A stretch of DNA of 39,423 nucleotides, from positions 1 through 39,423 of the forward strand of contig JBPCTG010000033.1 of NCBI GenBank assembly GCA_051006395.1, in the 5' to 3' direction. The translations under genes and the position numbers were made by a program. Below, one piece after another: positions 1-9,614 of the stretch. Position 1 is the first letter of the stretch; every line of letters begins with the position of its first letter. The notes beneath the pieces are model-generated. The model ran no database searches and was not told the origin of the DNA. It saw only the letters and a list, made by a program, of their open reading frames with translations. The DNA comes from Candidatus Limnocylindrus sp. (GTDB taxonomy: Bacteria > Chloroflexota > Limnocylindria > Limnocylindrales > Limnocylindraceae).

Positions 1-2588
1 TCGTCGTGACGTGTGAGGCGCGAGGTGACGACGATCCCCTCACCGAAGCGCGCGTGGCGCACGCGATCACCGTCGCGGTAGTAGCGCTCGCCCGGGACCC
101 TCGGTCGTGCTGGCGCGACGGTGCGCACGATAGGCGTCATCGGCGCGGCGGCGGAGACTTCGGCTGGAGTGACCCGCCCTGATGTTGTAGCACCCGATCC
201 CGCCACCCCACCTGATCGCCCCGCGAGCCACGGCGGCACCCGACCAATAGGAATCGTCGTTGGCACTTCGTCATCGGGGAGGGCGTCGATTCCGTCGTCG
301 TCACCGTGCGGAACGGCGAGTGATCCCGATCGCGCACCAGCGGCAAATGCGTTGCGCCGTGCCGAAAGGTCGCGCGTCGGGGCGTAGCTGCCATCCGCCG
401 CGGTGCCGGCGGCGCCGCTCCCCTCGCGCCATGCTCCGCCACCACCGAGCGCCGAGCGCTCGCTGCGAAAGCCGCGCACGCGGCTGCGGCCGAAGCTCGT
501 CTCACCATCGCCACGCTCCGCCGCGTCGGTATCGATCTCCAACAGCTCCGGTGGGATCTCGTCGAGGAAGCGCGACGGCGCCCCATCGCCATCGCCCCAG
601 CCGCGACGGATCGCGTAGGAGAGAACGAGTCGCCGCTTCGCGCGCGTGATCCCGACGTAGCAGAGGCGTCGCTCCTCCTCCATCTGCTCGTGATCCATTA
701 TCGCGCGGCTGTGGGGGAAGAGCCCCTCGCTGAGTCCGGAGATGAAGACGGTCGGCCACTCGAGACCCTTCGCGGCGTGCAGGGTGATGAGCGTCACGCG
801 CTCGGCGCTCGTGTCGAGCTGGTCTTGGTCGGCAACGAGCGCGGTCTCCTCGAGGAAGCGATCGAGTGCATCGAGCGGGGTAAGTTCCAGGAAGCGCGAC
901 GAGATGCCACGAAGCTCGAGAAGGTTCTGCCAACGCTCCTCCCCCTCTGGGCCCTCAGAGGCAAGGTGCGCGCGAAGCCCCGTGTCGCCGTACACCGCAT
1001 CGAGCAGTTCGGGGAGGTCGAGGGTGGCGACGCGATCGCGGAGTCGATCGACGATCGCGGCGACGCTGGCGAGCGCCGACTTCGCGCGTGAGGTGATCCC
1101 CGGGACCTCGCCACGTCCCGCGGCAGCGATGACGGCACCGTAGGCGATGCCCTCGGGGGCGTTCGGGTTCGGCGCCGCATAGGTGCGAAGGAGTTCGACC
1201 GTCTTCTCGCCGATCCCGCGCGGCGGCACGTTCATCACCCGCTCAAAGGAAACGCGGTCGGCGTCGCTGCGCAAGACGCGCAGCCAGGCGAGCGCATCCT
1301 TCACCTCACGGCGCTGATAAAAGCGCGTTCCGCCGATCAGTTGGTATGGGATCGAGGCGCGGAGGAGCGCCTCCTCGATCGCACGGCTCTGCGCGTTCGT
1401 GCGGTAGAGCACGGCGATCCCGTCAAGGGTCTCGGGGGGCGGGGCATCGGCGCGACGCGTCGGCCGCGCTGCGGCGTACTCCTCGATGCGGCGCACGATC
1501 CAGGCCGCCTCGTCTTCAGGATCGAAGGCGCCGTAGAGCGGAATGGTCGCGCCGCCGGGCTGTTCGGTCCAGAGTCGCTTCTCCTTGCGGCCGCGATTGT
1601 TGGCAACGACGCCGTGTGCGGCATCGAGGATCACCTGCGTCGAGCGGTAGTTCTGTTCGAGCGCCACCACCTCGGCGCTTGGCCAATCGCGCTCGAAGTC
1701 GAGGATGTTGCGAATGTCGGCGCCGCGCCACGAGTAGATCGACTGATCGTCGTCACCGACAACGCAGAGGTTGCCGCGCATGGAGGCGAGCTCGCGTACC
1801 CATGCGTACTGGATGCGGTTCGTATCTTGATACTCATCCACATGGAGGTACTCCCACTTCGCGCGATATCGATCGGCGACCGCCGGTGCGTCACGCAAAA
1901 GGCGCAGGCCGAGGATGAGCAGGTCGTCGAAGTCGACCGCCTCGAGTCGTCGCAGCTCATCGGCGTAGCGGCGCGCATAGCGGGCGACGAGTCGCTCGTG
2001 GTGCGTGACGGCGCGTGCCTCCATCTCCGTCGCGTCGAGACCATCGTTCTTTGCACGGCTGATGCCGCCCAATATCACGCTCGGCTTCGTCTCCCCCGTC
2101 GCGGGGAGGTCATCCTCTTTGAGGAGCGCCTTGATCACCCGTTGCTGGTCGTCAGAGTCGTATATGGAGAACCCCGAGGGGAGCCCGATCGCCTCGCCGT
2201 CACGGCGTAGCATCCGCGCGCAGAGGCTATGGAAGGTCCCCATCGCAACGTCACGCGCCGACGGACCGATCAGCCCCTCAAGGCGATCGCGCATCTCCGC
2301 CGCAGCCTTGTTCGTAAAGGTAACGGCGAGGATCTTCCATGGTGCGACGTGTTCGTGTTCGATTAGCCAGGCGATCCGATGGGTGATCACACGGGTCTTG
2401 CCAGATCCGGCACCGGCGAGCACGAGGAGCGGCCCACGCGTTGTGGTGACGGCGCGACGCTGCGCCTCGTTGAGGGGGCCAAGGATCGCCTCTTCGGCAC
2501 TCGCCGCCGCTGCGACCGCGCCGCCGCGGACGGGGGTGGCGCTCCGCGTGGGGGTCAGGTCCGCGGTGGGATCAGAGGGGAGTTCCAC
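1..2588 (-). CDS. pcrA: ATP-dependent DNA helicase, UvrD/PcrA family (extreme C-terminus runs off the left edge)
   Basis: Absent from the ORF track because it has no stop in the window. Hand translation of the minus frame from GTG 2588 gives PLLVLAGAGSGKT (motif I, ~2400-2440), VTFTNKAAAEM (Ia, ~2300), HVDEYQDTN (II, ~1835), VVGDDDQSIYSWRGA (III, ~1760), NVPPRGIGEKT (~1230), TLHAAKGLEWPTVF and YVGITRAKRRL (V/VI, ~620-760). A ~180-aa Gly/Ala/Pro/Arg-rich linker follows, then the C-terminal GDRVRHARFGEGIVV motif (~30-75). No other minus ORF is listed in this frame. Plus-strand ORFs 690-2682 are shadows. Confidence 0.9.
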   Translation of the reverse strand, partial: MELPSDPTADLTPTRSATPVRGGAVAAAASAEEAILGPLNEAQRRAVTTTRGPLLVLAGAGSGKTRVITHRIAWLIEHEHVAPWKILAVTFTNKAAAEMRDRLEGLIGPSARDVAMGTFHSLCARMLRRDGEAIGLPSGFSIYDSDDQQRVIKALLKEDDLPATGETKPSVILGGISRAKNDGLDATEMEARAVTHHERLVARYARRYADELRRLEAVDFDDLLILGLRLLRDAPAVADRYRAKWEYLHVDEYQDTNRIQYAWVRELASMRGNLCVVGDDDQSIYSWRGADIRNILDFERDWPSAEVVALEQNYRSTQVILDAAHGVVANNRGRKEKRLWTEQPGGATIPLYGAFDPEDEAAWIVRRIEEYAAARPTRRADAPPPETLDGIAVLYRTNAQSRAIEEALLRASIPYQLIGGTRFYQRREVKDALAWLRVLRSDADRVSFERVMNVPPRGIGEKTVELLRTYAAPNPNAPEGIAYGAVIAAAGRGEVPGITSRAKSALASVAAIVDRLRDRVATLDLPELLDAVYGDTGLRAHLASEGPEGEERWQNLLELRGISSRFLELTPLDALDRFLEETALVADQDQLDTSAERVTLITLHAAKGLEWPTVFISGLSEGLFPHSRAIMDHEQMEEERRLCYVGITRAKRRLVLSYAIRRGWGDGDGAPSRFLDEIPPELLEIDTDAAERGDGETSFGRSRVRGFRSERSALGGGGAWREGSGAAGTAADGSYAPTRDLSARRNAFAAGARSGSLAVPHGDDDGIDALPDDEVPTTIPIGRVPPWLAGRSGGVAGSGATTSGRVTPAEVSAAAPMTPIVRTVAPARPRVPGERYYRDGDRVRHARFGEGIVVTSRLTRHD

Positions 2589-2594
2589 GACCTC

Positions 2595-2600
2595 ATTCTA
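2595..2600 (-). promoter_or_regulatory. -10-like hexamer TAGAAT 6 nt upstream of the helicase GTG (leaderless-type geometry)
   Basis: Minus strand reads GGCGG-TAGAAT-GAGGTC-GTG. There is no room for a normally spaced Shine-Dalgarno. It sits directly downstream of the groEL terminator hairpin. Confidence 0.4.
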
Positions 2601-2624
2601 CCGCCGCGGCATACCGCCAGACAG

Positions 2625-2659
2625 CACGAGGCCCCCTGGCATCGCCAGGGGGCCTCGTG
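2625..2659 (-). terminator. Intrinsic-terminator-like hairpin downstream of groEL
   Basis: Perfect 15-bp stem CACGAGGCCCCCTGG / CCAGGGGGCCTCGTG with the 5-nt loop CATCG, starting 20 nt after the groEL stop. There is no U-tract, as is common in high-GC genomes. Confidence 0.7.
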
Positions 2660-2678
2660 GTCCTTGCGACGTTGTGAA

Positions 2679-4322
<1,644 letters not shown>

Positions 4323-4395
4323 CTATCTGCTACTCACTGCTTTCATCCGTTGTGGTTGCGCCGCGAGCGCGCGAGGCGCGCCATGCGACGTGTCG

Positions 4396-4695
4396 CTATT
4401 CGACGATCGCGAGGATGTCCTTCGCACCGACGATGAGGAACTCATCGCCTTCGAGCTTGAACTCCGTCCCTGCGTACTTGGCGTGAAGGACGCGGTCGCC
4501 GACCTTCACATCCATCGCCTCGCGCTTGCCGTCATCGAGGACGCGGCCCGGGCCGACGGCCACGACCTCACCCTCCTGGGGCTTCTCTTGGGCGGTGTCG
4601 GGGAGGATGATGCCGCTCGCGGTCTTCTCGTCGCGTGGCAGCGGCTTCACTACCACTCGGTCGCCGAGCGGTCGGAGCGCGGTCTTCTTTGCCAT
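4396..4695 (-). CDS. groES: Co-chaperonin GroES
   Basis: 99 aa. [12 protein letters not shown]...[28 protein letters not shown] is canonical GroES. SD AAGGAGG upstream. Lies directly upstream of groEL. Confidence 0.97.
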   Translation of the reverse strand: MAKKTALRPLGDRVVVKPLPRDEKTASGIILPDTAQEKPQEGEVVAVGPGRVLDDGKREAMDVKVGDRVLHAKYAGTEFKLEGDEFLIVGAKDILAIVE

Positions 4696-4765
4696 GGTCT
4701 ACCTCCTTCACGGTGCGGCAGTTGCCGCCTACCTTTCGCGCACGTTTACCGGCGCGTCCTGGAGG

Positions 4766-4795
4766 ATGTTAGCACTCTCCAGCCGAGAGTGCCAA
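4766..4795 (-). promoter_or_regulatory. Candidate sigma-70-type groES promoter overlapping CIRCE
   Basis: Minus strand: TTGGCA (4795..4790), 18-nt spacer, TAACAT (4771..4766). The -35 and spacer are the CIRCE repeat itself. By-eye match only. Confidence 0.35.
4769..4795 (-). promoter_or_regulatory. CIRCE operator (HrcA binding site) for groES-groEL
   Basis: TTAGCACTC-N9-GAGTGCCAA, against the consensus TTAGCACTC-N9-GAGTGCTAA (one mismatch). It lies 73 nt upstream of the groES ATG and abuts the tatD stop codon (4796). Confidence 0.9.
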
Positions 4796-5638
4796 CTATG
4801 CGCCCCTGGAGCCTCCAGATGGCGGGAAGATCCGGTCGAAATTCAGCACGAGCTGTGCGGCGAGGTCGGTGGGGTCGACCCCGCGCCGTTCGGCAAGCCA
4901 CTCAAGGGTGAGGCGCACATTTGCCGGCTCGTTGCGGTGGGGATCGGGTGCTCCGGGCATCACGAGCCACGGAGCGTCGGTCTCGGTGAGCAGACGGTCG
5001 GCTGGCACCGCGCTCACCCACTCCCCTGTCGCCGACTCCTCTCGCCGGAAGGCGAGGCCAGAGATGGAGACGCCACCACCGAGCGCAAGCGCCTCATCGA
5101 CATACGCCGCGGAGCCCGAGGCGCTGTGCAAGATGAATGGCACCCTGCCATCAAACGCGCGCGTTGCCGCCGTGTCACCGAAACCCGCCACGCGCAGCGC
5201 TGCAATGAGCTCGCGTTGGGCAGCGTCGCTCCCTGCAGCAGAGCGACAGTGCAAGATGAGCGGCTTGCCATGCTCAAGTGCGACGGCAAGATGGGCATCG
5301 AGGTTCGCGCGCTGCACCGCAAGCGGCACACCGTCGCGCTTCGTGTCGATGCCGGTCTCACCCACGGCGCTGATCTGCGCCTCGGCAACACGAGCAAGGA
5401 GTGCGGATCGATCGTTCGGATGGAGATCGGCGGCGGAGGGGTGAATGCCGATCGCCACGCGCGCCCAGCCAATGCGCGCTGCGATCGCTGCACCGGCGAG
5501 CGAACTCGCCACGTCCCAGCCGGGAATCAAGAGGCGGGCAAGCCCGGCGGCGACAGCGCGATCGATCACCGCATCGCGGTCCGCGTCGAAACGCTCAGCC
5601 TGAAGGTGCCCATGCGCGTCAACGAGCGGGAGCGTCAC
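4796..5638 (-). CDS. tatD: TatD-family metal-dependent hydrolase/DNase
   Basis: 280 aa. VDAHGHL, GETGID, ILHCR, ILHSASG and LTETDAPW motifs. Overlaps the metG 3' end by 20 nt. metG-tatD is a classical gene pair. Confidence 0.9.
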   Translation of the reverse strand: MTLPLVDAHGHLQAERFDADRDAVIDRAVAAGLARLLIPGWDVASSLAGAAIAARIGWARVAIGIHPSAADLHPNDRSALLARVAEAQISAVGETGIDTKRDGVPLAVQRANLDAHLAVALEHGKPLILHCRSAAGSDAAQRELIAALRVAGFGDTAATRAFDGRVPFILHSASGSAAYVDEALALGGGVSISGLAFRREESATGEWVSAVPADRLLTETDAPWLVMPGAPDPHRNEPANVRLTLEWLAERRGVDPTDLAAQLVLNFDRIFPPSGGSRGA

Positions 5639-7256
5639 CGGTCACCTTCTCCTCGAGATCGAGGCGTGGGAAGAGCGGGGTGGGATCACCGAGGGGACCA
5701 GCTGGTGCCAACGCACCCCACGCACCGAGCGTCGAAAGCGCAGGTCCGCCGTGACCCTTGGCGTCGTACGGCCAGACGTGTCCCAGGAGACTCCAGACAC
5801 GAGCGGCGCTCTCCGGCATCGCGGGTGCCGCGTAGAGGGCAATGAGACGACACGCCTCGATCAAATCACCGAGGACGCCACGTAGTTGTGCCGTCGCAGC
5901 CGCGTCGCCCTCCTTCGCCGCCTTCGCAAGATCCCACGGTCGCTCCGTGTCAACGAAGCGGTTCGCCTCGCCGACGAACTCCCAGAGTGCGCCGAGCCAC
6001 TCGTGTAACAGCAGCCCCTCCATCGAACCCTCGGCTCCCGCGCGCGCGAGTGCCCATGCGGCTGCGAGCGGAGACTCCGCGGCAGGGCGTGGAGCTGGAA
6101 CCTCGCCACCGAAGGCGCGCGCCGCCATAGTCGTGGAGCGATTCACGAGGTTGCCAAAGTCGTTCGCGAGATCGGCGTTGTAGCGGCGAATGATCGAGTC
6201 CCAGCTCACCTCAGCATCGCGATCGAAGGGGACCTCACGCAGCACCACGAAACGCGCACCATCTGCGCCAAGGGCGCGAACGGCATCGTCGGGATCTAGG
6301 AAGTTGCCGCGGCTCTTGCTCATGCGCTCACCGCCGACAAGCAGCCAACCGTGCACCCAGATACGGCGCGGCGCATCGAGACCAGCGCTCCAGAGCATCG
6401 CCGGCCAGAAGACGGAATGAAATCGATTGATGTCCTTGCCGATGATGTGCAAATCTGCTGGCCACCAGGGCTTCCCTTGCGGGTCTGCCGGGAATCCAGC
6501 GCCAGTCAGATAGTTTATGAGCGCGTCGTACCAAACGTAGATCGTCCCCGCCTTCGGGTCACCCTCTCCCGCCGCATTGAGCGCGCTGCTCCCATCCTCG
6601 CGAATGGGGAACGGGATCCCCCACGTTGCCCCCTCGCGGCTAATCGAAAAATCTTCGAGCCCCTGACGAATGAAGCCGAGCATTTCGTTGCGTCGATACT
6701 CTGGCTGCACTGGCGACGGCTCCTGGGTGAGCCACGCTTCAAGCCGTTCGGCGTAGGCGCTCAGGCGAAAGAACCAGTTGCGCTCCTTCAGCCACTGCAG
6801 CGGCACTCCGGGATGATTAGGGCAGATCGTTTCGCTCCCCTCCTTTATGACGTCTGCCTCGGCGCGATACCCCTCGTTCGGGCAGTACCAGCCCTCGTAG
6901 GTGCCGAGGTAAATGTCGCCTGCCGCGTGGGAGCGGCGCACCATCTCCTGCGCGGCGAGCTGATGGTCGGGATCGGTGGTGCGAATGAAGCGATCGGGGG
7001 CGATGCCAAGGAGTCCCTCGCTACGTTCGAAGAGTGCAACGTTGCGATCCACGAATGCTTTCGGCGCGAGCCCCTCCTCGGCGGCGCGGGCTGCAATGTT
7101 CACTGAGAACTCATCAGTGCCGGTGAGGAAGCGCACCTCGTCGCCACCCATTCGACGCCATCGCGCGATCGCATCGGCGCCAACCACCTCGTAGAGGGTG
7201 TGCAGGCCGGGCTTGTTATTCGCGTAGGCGATGGCGGTCGTCAGGTAGTAACGCAT
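5619..7256 (-). CDS. metG: Methionyl-tRNA synthetase (short form, no C-terminal EMAPII-like domain)
   Basis: 545 aa. FLTGTDE, YVWYDALINY, GKDINRFHSVFWPAML, the KMSKS-type loop ERMSKSRGN, and ERPWDL in the anticodon-binding domain. The HIGH signature is atypical (see findings). Confidence 0.9.
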   Translation of the reverse strand: MRYYLTTAIAYANNKPGLHTLYEVVGADAIARWRRMGGDEVRFLTGTDEFSVNIAARAAEEGLAPKAFVDRNVALFERSEGLLGIAPDRFIRTTDPDHQLAAQEMVRRSHAAGDIYLGTYEGWYCPNEGYRAEADVIKEGSETICPNHPGVPLQWLKERNWFFRLSAYAERLEAWLTQEPSPVQPEYRRNEMLGFIRQGLEDFSISREGATWGIPFPIREDGSSALNAAGEGDPKAGTIYVWYDALINYLTGAGFPADPQGKPWWPADLHIIGKDINRFHSVFWPAMLWSAGLDAPRRIWVHGWLLVGGERMSKSRGNFLDPDDAVRALGADGARFVVLREVPFDRDAEVSWDSIIRRYNADLANDFGNLVNRSTTMAARAFGGEVPAPRPAAESPLAAAWALARAGAEGSMEGLLLHEWLGALWEFVGEANRFVDTERPWDLAKAAKEGDAAATAQLRGVLGDLIEACRLIALYAAPAMPESAARVWSLLGHVWPYDAKGHGGPALSTLGAWGALAPAGPLGDPTPLFPRLDLEEKVTGDAPAR

Positions 7257-7262
7257 CGCCGC

Positions 7263-7268
7263 AGTATC
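7263..7268 (-). promoter_or_regulatory. Weak -10-like hexamer GATACT 6 nt upstream of the metG ATG
   Basis: Minus strand reads GCGTGC-GATACT-GCGGCG-ATG with no SD. Same geometry as at pcrA and nadE. Weak match. Confidence 0.25.
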
Positions 7269-7390
7269 GCACGCAGTAACGCCGCTACGCGGCGACGATA
7301 CGTGCTGGGTACGGTGCCGTGGCGACCCTCCGCTTCACCTTCAGGTTGCGCGGGGCCAAACGGCTCGAACCTGCGGGCGAAGGAGGGGCT

Positions 7391-7795
7391 ATGAACAAGG
7401 TGATGCTGGCGGGCCGCATGACGAAGCCCGTTGAGATGAAGGCGCTCCCTTCGGGGGCGAAGGTGGCAGTGGGGAGCCTCGCGAGCCACGACTTCCGCGG
7501 CGGTGAGGAGCGCACCGAGTTCCATCGACTCGTCTTCTGGGAGAAGCTCGCCGAGGTCGCCGGCGCGCACCTCCAGGCCGGATCGCTCGTCGCCATCGAC
7601 GGTCGACTGAAGACGCACGAGTGGGAGAGCGAAGGGTCGCGCCGTTGGATGACCGAGGTGATCGTCAATCGCCTCGAGTTCCTGGGGCCGAAGCCACAGT
7701 CGGCAGATCCGGTGGCGCAGGGTGCCGAGCCGAGCGAACTTGGCGAAGCTGAGTACGGCGAAGAGATCGCTCCCCCCGTCAAGAGCGGCCGCTAG
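7391..7795 (+). CDS. ssb: Single-stranded DNA-binding protein (OB fold), paralogue-like
   Basis: MNKVMLAGRMTKPVEMKALPSGAKVAVGSLASH...TEFHRLVFWEKLAEVAGAHLQAGSLVAIDGRLKTHEWE...RWMTEVIV is a typical SSB OB fold. I prefer ATG 7391 (SD GAAGGAGGGG 5 nt upstream) over the track's GTG 7319. Confidence 0.85.
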   Translation: MNKVMLAGRMTKPVEMKALPSGAKVAVGSLASHDFRGGEERTEFHRLVFWEKLAEVAGAHLQAGSLVAIDGRLKTHEWESEGSRRWMTEVIVNRLEFLGPKPQSADPVAQGAEPSELGEAEYGEEIAPPVKSGR

Positions 7796-7822
7796 GGCCG
7801 GGCTTCGCGCGACCTAGCACGA

Positions 7823-8713
7823 CTACTCGGTGCGCTCTCCAGGTTGGTGGGCGAGCGCCCAGAGGCGCCGACGCTCCAGTTGCCACTCCGTGGCGATGCG
7901 ACGCACCGCACCGCTGCGCGACTCCCCCGCGGCGATCGCAGCTTCAACGGCGGCGAGCGCTGCGGGGTACGCCCCCTCACCCACGTCGTCGCGGGTCCTT
8001 GGCGGTTCGGCGCCGACAACGAGGACGAACTCCCCGCGACCATCGATCTCGCCCGCTGCAACCTTGCGGGAAAGCGCGGCGAGGCTGCCGCGATGCACCT
8101 CTTCGTGGAGCTTTGTCAACTCACGACAGATCGCCGCGGGGCGCTCATCGCCACATGCGGCGGCGAGATCGCGCAGCGTCTCGTCAACGCGGTTACCCGC
8201 CTCGTAGATCACCGAGGCGCGGTCGTCGGCGGCAATCGCGCCAATCATGCGTTCGCGCTCGCCACCACTCCGTGGCAGGAAGCCTTCAAAGACCCACCGC
8301 GCTCCGACGATTCCAGATGCCACGACTGCGGCGAGAAGTGCTGAGGCGCCAGGGATCGGCACAACGCGCACCTCGCTCGCGATGGCCGCCGATACGAGGT
8401 GCTGACCTGGATCGCTGATGAGCGGCGTGCCAGCGTCGCTGATCAGTGCGACCGACTCTCCGCCGTTGAGACGTGCGAGGATCGGCGCGATCCTGGCGCG
8501 CTCGTCGAACGCGGGGAGCGACTCGACCGGCCGGTCGATGCCAAGACTCTCCAACAGCTGGCGTGCGACGCGTGTGTCTTCGGCGACGACGAGTGCCACC
8601 TCACGTAAGACTGCCGCCGCGCGCGGCGTTAAGTCGGCCAGGTTGCCGATCGGAGTTGAGACGACGTGGAGCGCGCCGGCCGTGGCGCCGCCACCGCGTG
8701 CGTCGCCGCTCAC
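7823..8713 (-). CDS. rsmI: 16S rRNA (cytidine1402-2'-O)-methyltransferase RsmI
   Basis: 296 aa. LHVVSTPIGNLADLTPRAAAVLREVALVVAEDTRVARQLL is the RsmI N-terminal signature (tetrapyrrole-methylase fold). Confidence 0.9.
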   Translation of the reverse strand: MSGDARGGGATAGALHVVSTPIGNLADLTPRAAAVLREVALVVAEDTRVARQLLESLGIDRPVESLPAFDERARIAPILARLNGGESVALISDAGTPLISDPGQHLVSAAIASEVRVVPIPGASALLAAVVASGIVGARWVFEGFLPRSGGERERMIGAIAADDRASVIYEAGNRVDETLRDLAAACGDERPAAICRELTKLHEEVHRGSLAALSRKVAAGEIDGRGEFVLVVGAEPPRTRDDVGEGAYPAALAAVEAAIAAGESRSGAVRRIATEWQLERRRLWALAHQPGERTE

Positions 8714-9570
8714 GACGCCGATGCGCTTCTGAGGTGATCGATCGAGCGGTTGGGCGTGCCGATCGACGCGATCGGCGGAAGGAGCCGCTTGAACTCCGAT
8801 GCAAGGATCATGCCGCGGACCCGCTCGACGAGGCTGACGTCGAACCCTTCGGATGCCGTCTCCGCGACCGACTGCCGACGATCAACAAGTCGCAAGAGAA
8901 TGCGATCGAGCGTCGGGTAGTCAAAGCCACCCTCAGACTCGTCGGTCTGACCGGGCCAGAGGTCGGCGCTCGGCGCCTTGGCAATGATCTGCTCTGGCAC
9001 TTCAAGGTGTGCGGCCAGGAGGCGCACCTGGCTCTTGTACAGGTCGCCGATCGGATTGAACGCACAAGCTGCATCGCCGTGCAGTGTCGTGTAGCCGATC
9101 AGGTATTCGGTCTTGTTCCCTGTGCCCGCAACAAGGCCGCGGTACAACGCCGAGCGATCGTAGAGCGCTGTCATGCGCGCGCGGGCGGCAATGTTGCCGC
9201 GTCGGATCGGCGTGGTCGCTCCCCCGTCAGGAAGGGCGCTGATCATGCTGTCGACCGCCGCCGTGATCGGCACCTCCTCAACGGCGCAGCCAAGCTTCTC
9301 GACGACCTGAAGGGCGTCGGCGCGCGAGGTGGCAGCAGATGTCGCGTACGGCATGATCACGCCGACGATTCGCTCGGGGCCGAGTGCGTCGGCGAGCAGG
9401 TGCGCGACGAGCGCAGAGTCAATGCCGCCCGAAATCCCGAGGATCGCTCGCGAGGCACCTGTCGCTGCGAACTGCGCCCGAATGAACGAGCGGCAAATCT
9501 GCAGCGTCGCCCCTGGATCCAGCAGCAGCTCGTCGGGAACCTGTACCCCTGGCGGAAGTTGCCTAACCAT
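8710..9570 (-). CDS. nadE: NH3-dependent NAD+ synthetase
   Basis: 286 aa. PP-loop GISGGIDSALVA, GTGNKTE, and ADLWPGQTDE. 4-nt overlap with rsmI. Confidence 0.9.
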   Translation of the reverse strand: MVRQLPPGVQVPDELLLDPGATLQICRSFIRAQFAATGASRAILGISGGIDSALVAHLLADALGPERIVGVIMPYATSAATSRADALQVVEKLGCAVEEVPITAAVDSMISALPDGGATTPIRRGNIAARARMTALYDRSALYRGLVAGTGNKTEYLIGYTTLHGDAACAFNPIGDLYKSQVRLLAAHLEVPEQIIAKAPSADLWPGQTDESEGGFDYPTLDRILLRLVDRRQSVAETASEGFDVSLVERVRGMILASEFKRLLPPIASIGTPNRSIDHLRSASAS

Positions 9571-9576
9571 GTCCCA

Positions 9577-9582
9577 ATCTTA
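9577..9582 (-). promoter_or_regulatory. -10-like hexamer TAAGAT 6 nt upstream of the nadE ATG
   Basis: Minus strand reads CCATTAAG-TAAGAT-TGGGAC-ATG with no SD. It is an AT-rich island in otherwise GC-rich DNA and sits in the loop of a GTCCCA/TGGGAC inverted repeat (9571-9596). Confidence 0.3.
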
Positions 9583-9614
9583 CTTAATGGTGGGACCCGT
9601 AGCGCGGGGCGGGC

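Noticed and set aside
4526-5845. Long plus-strand ORFs, for example 4526..5845 (439 aa). Also 1341..2210, 2005..2682, 8473..9657, 17678..18916, 23929..24900, 25685..27076 and 28786..30048.
   Set aside because: All lie antisense to genes with unmistakable conserved motifs. Their translations are Arg/Ala/Pro/Ser-rich low-complexity strings with no recognisable domains. These are typical shadow ORFs of high-GC DNA, where stop codons are rare.
7319-7390. N-terminal extensions proposed by the longest-ORF rule: ssb 7319, ftsZ 18843, murG 24694, ftsI 31918, rsmH 33409, mraZ 33819.
   Set aside because: In each case a downstream start gives the canonical family N-terminus. Each such start is preceded by a well-spaced GGAGG or forms a TGATG/ATGA coupling junction. 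The extensions are junk-like Arg/Gly/Cys-rich sequence.
7791-7818. GCTAGG...CCTAGC inverted repeat between the convergent ssb and rsmI genes, as a possible bidirectional terminator.
   Set aside because: It has only a 6-bp stem, a 16-nt poorly structured loop and no U-tract. That is too weak to call.
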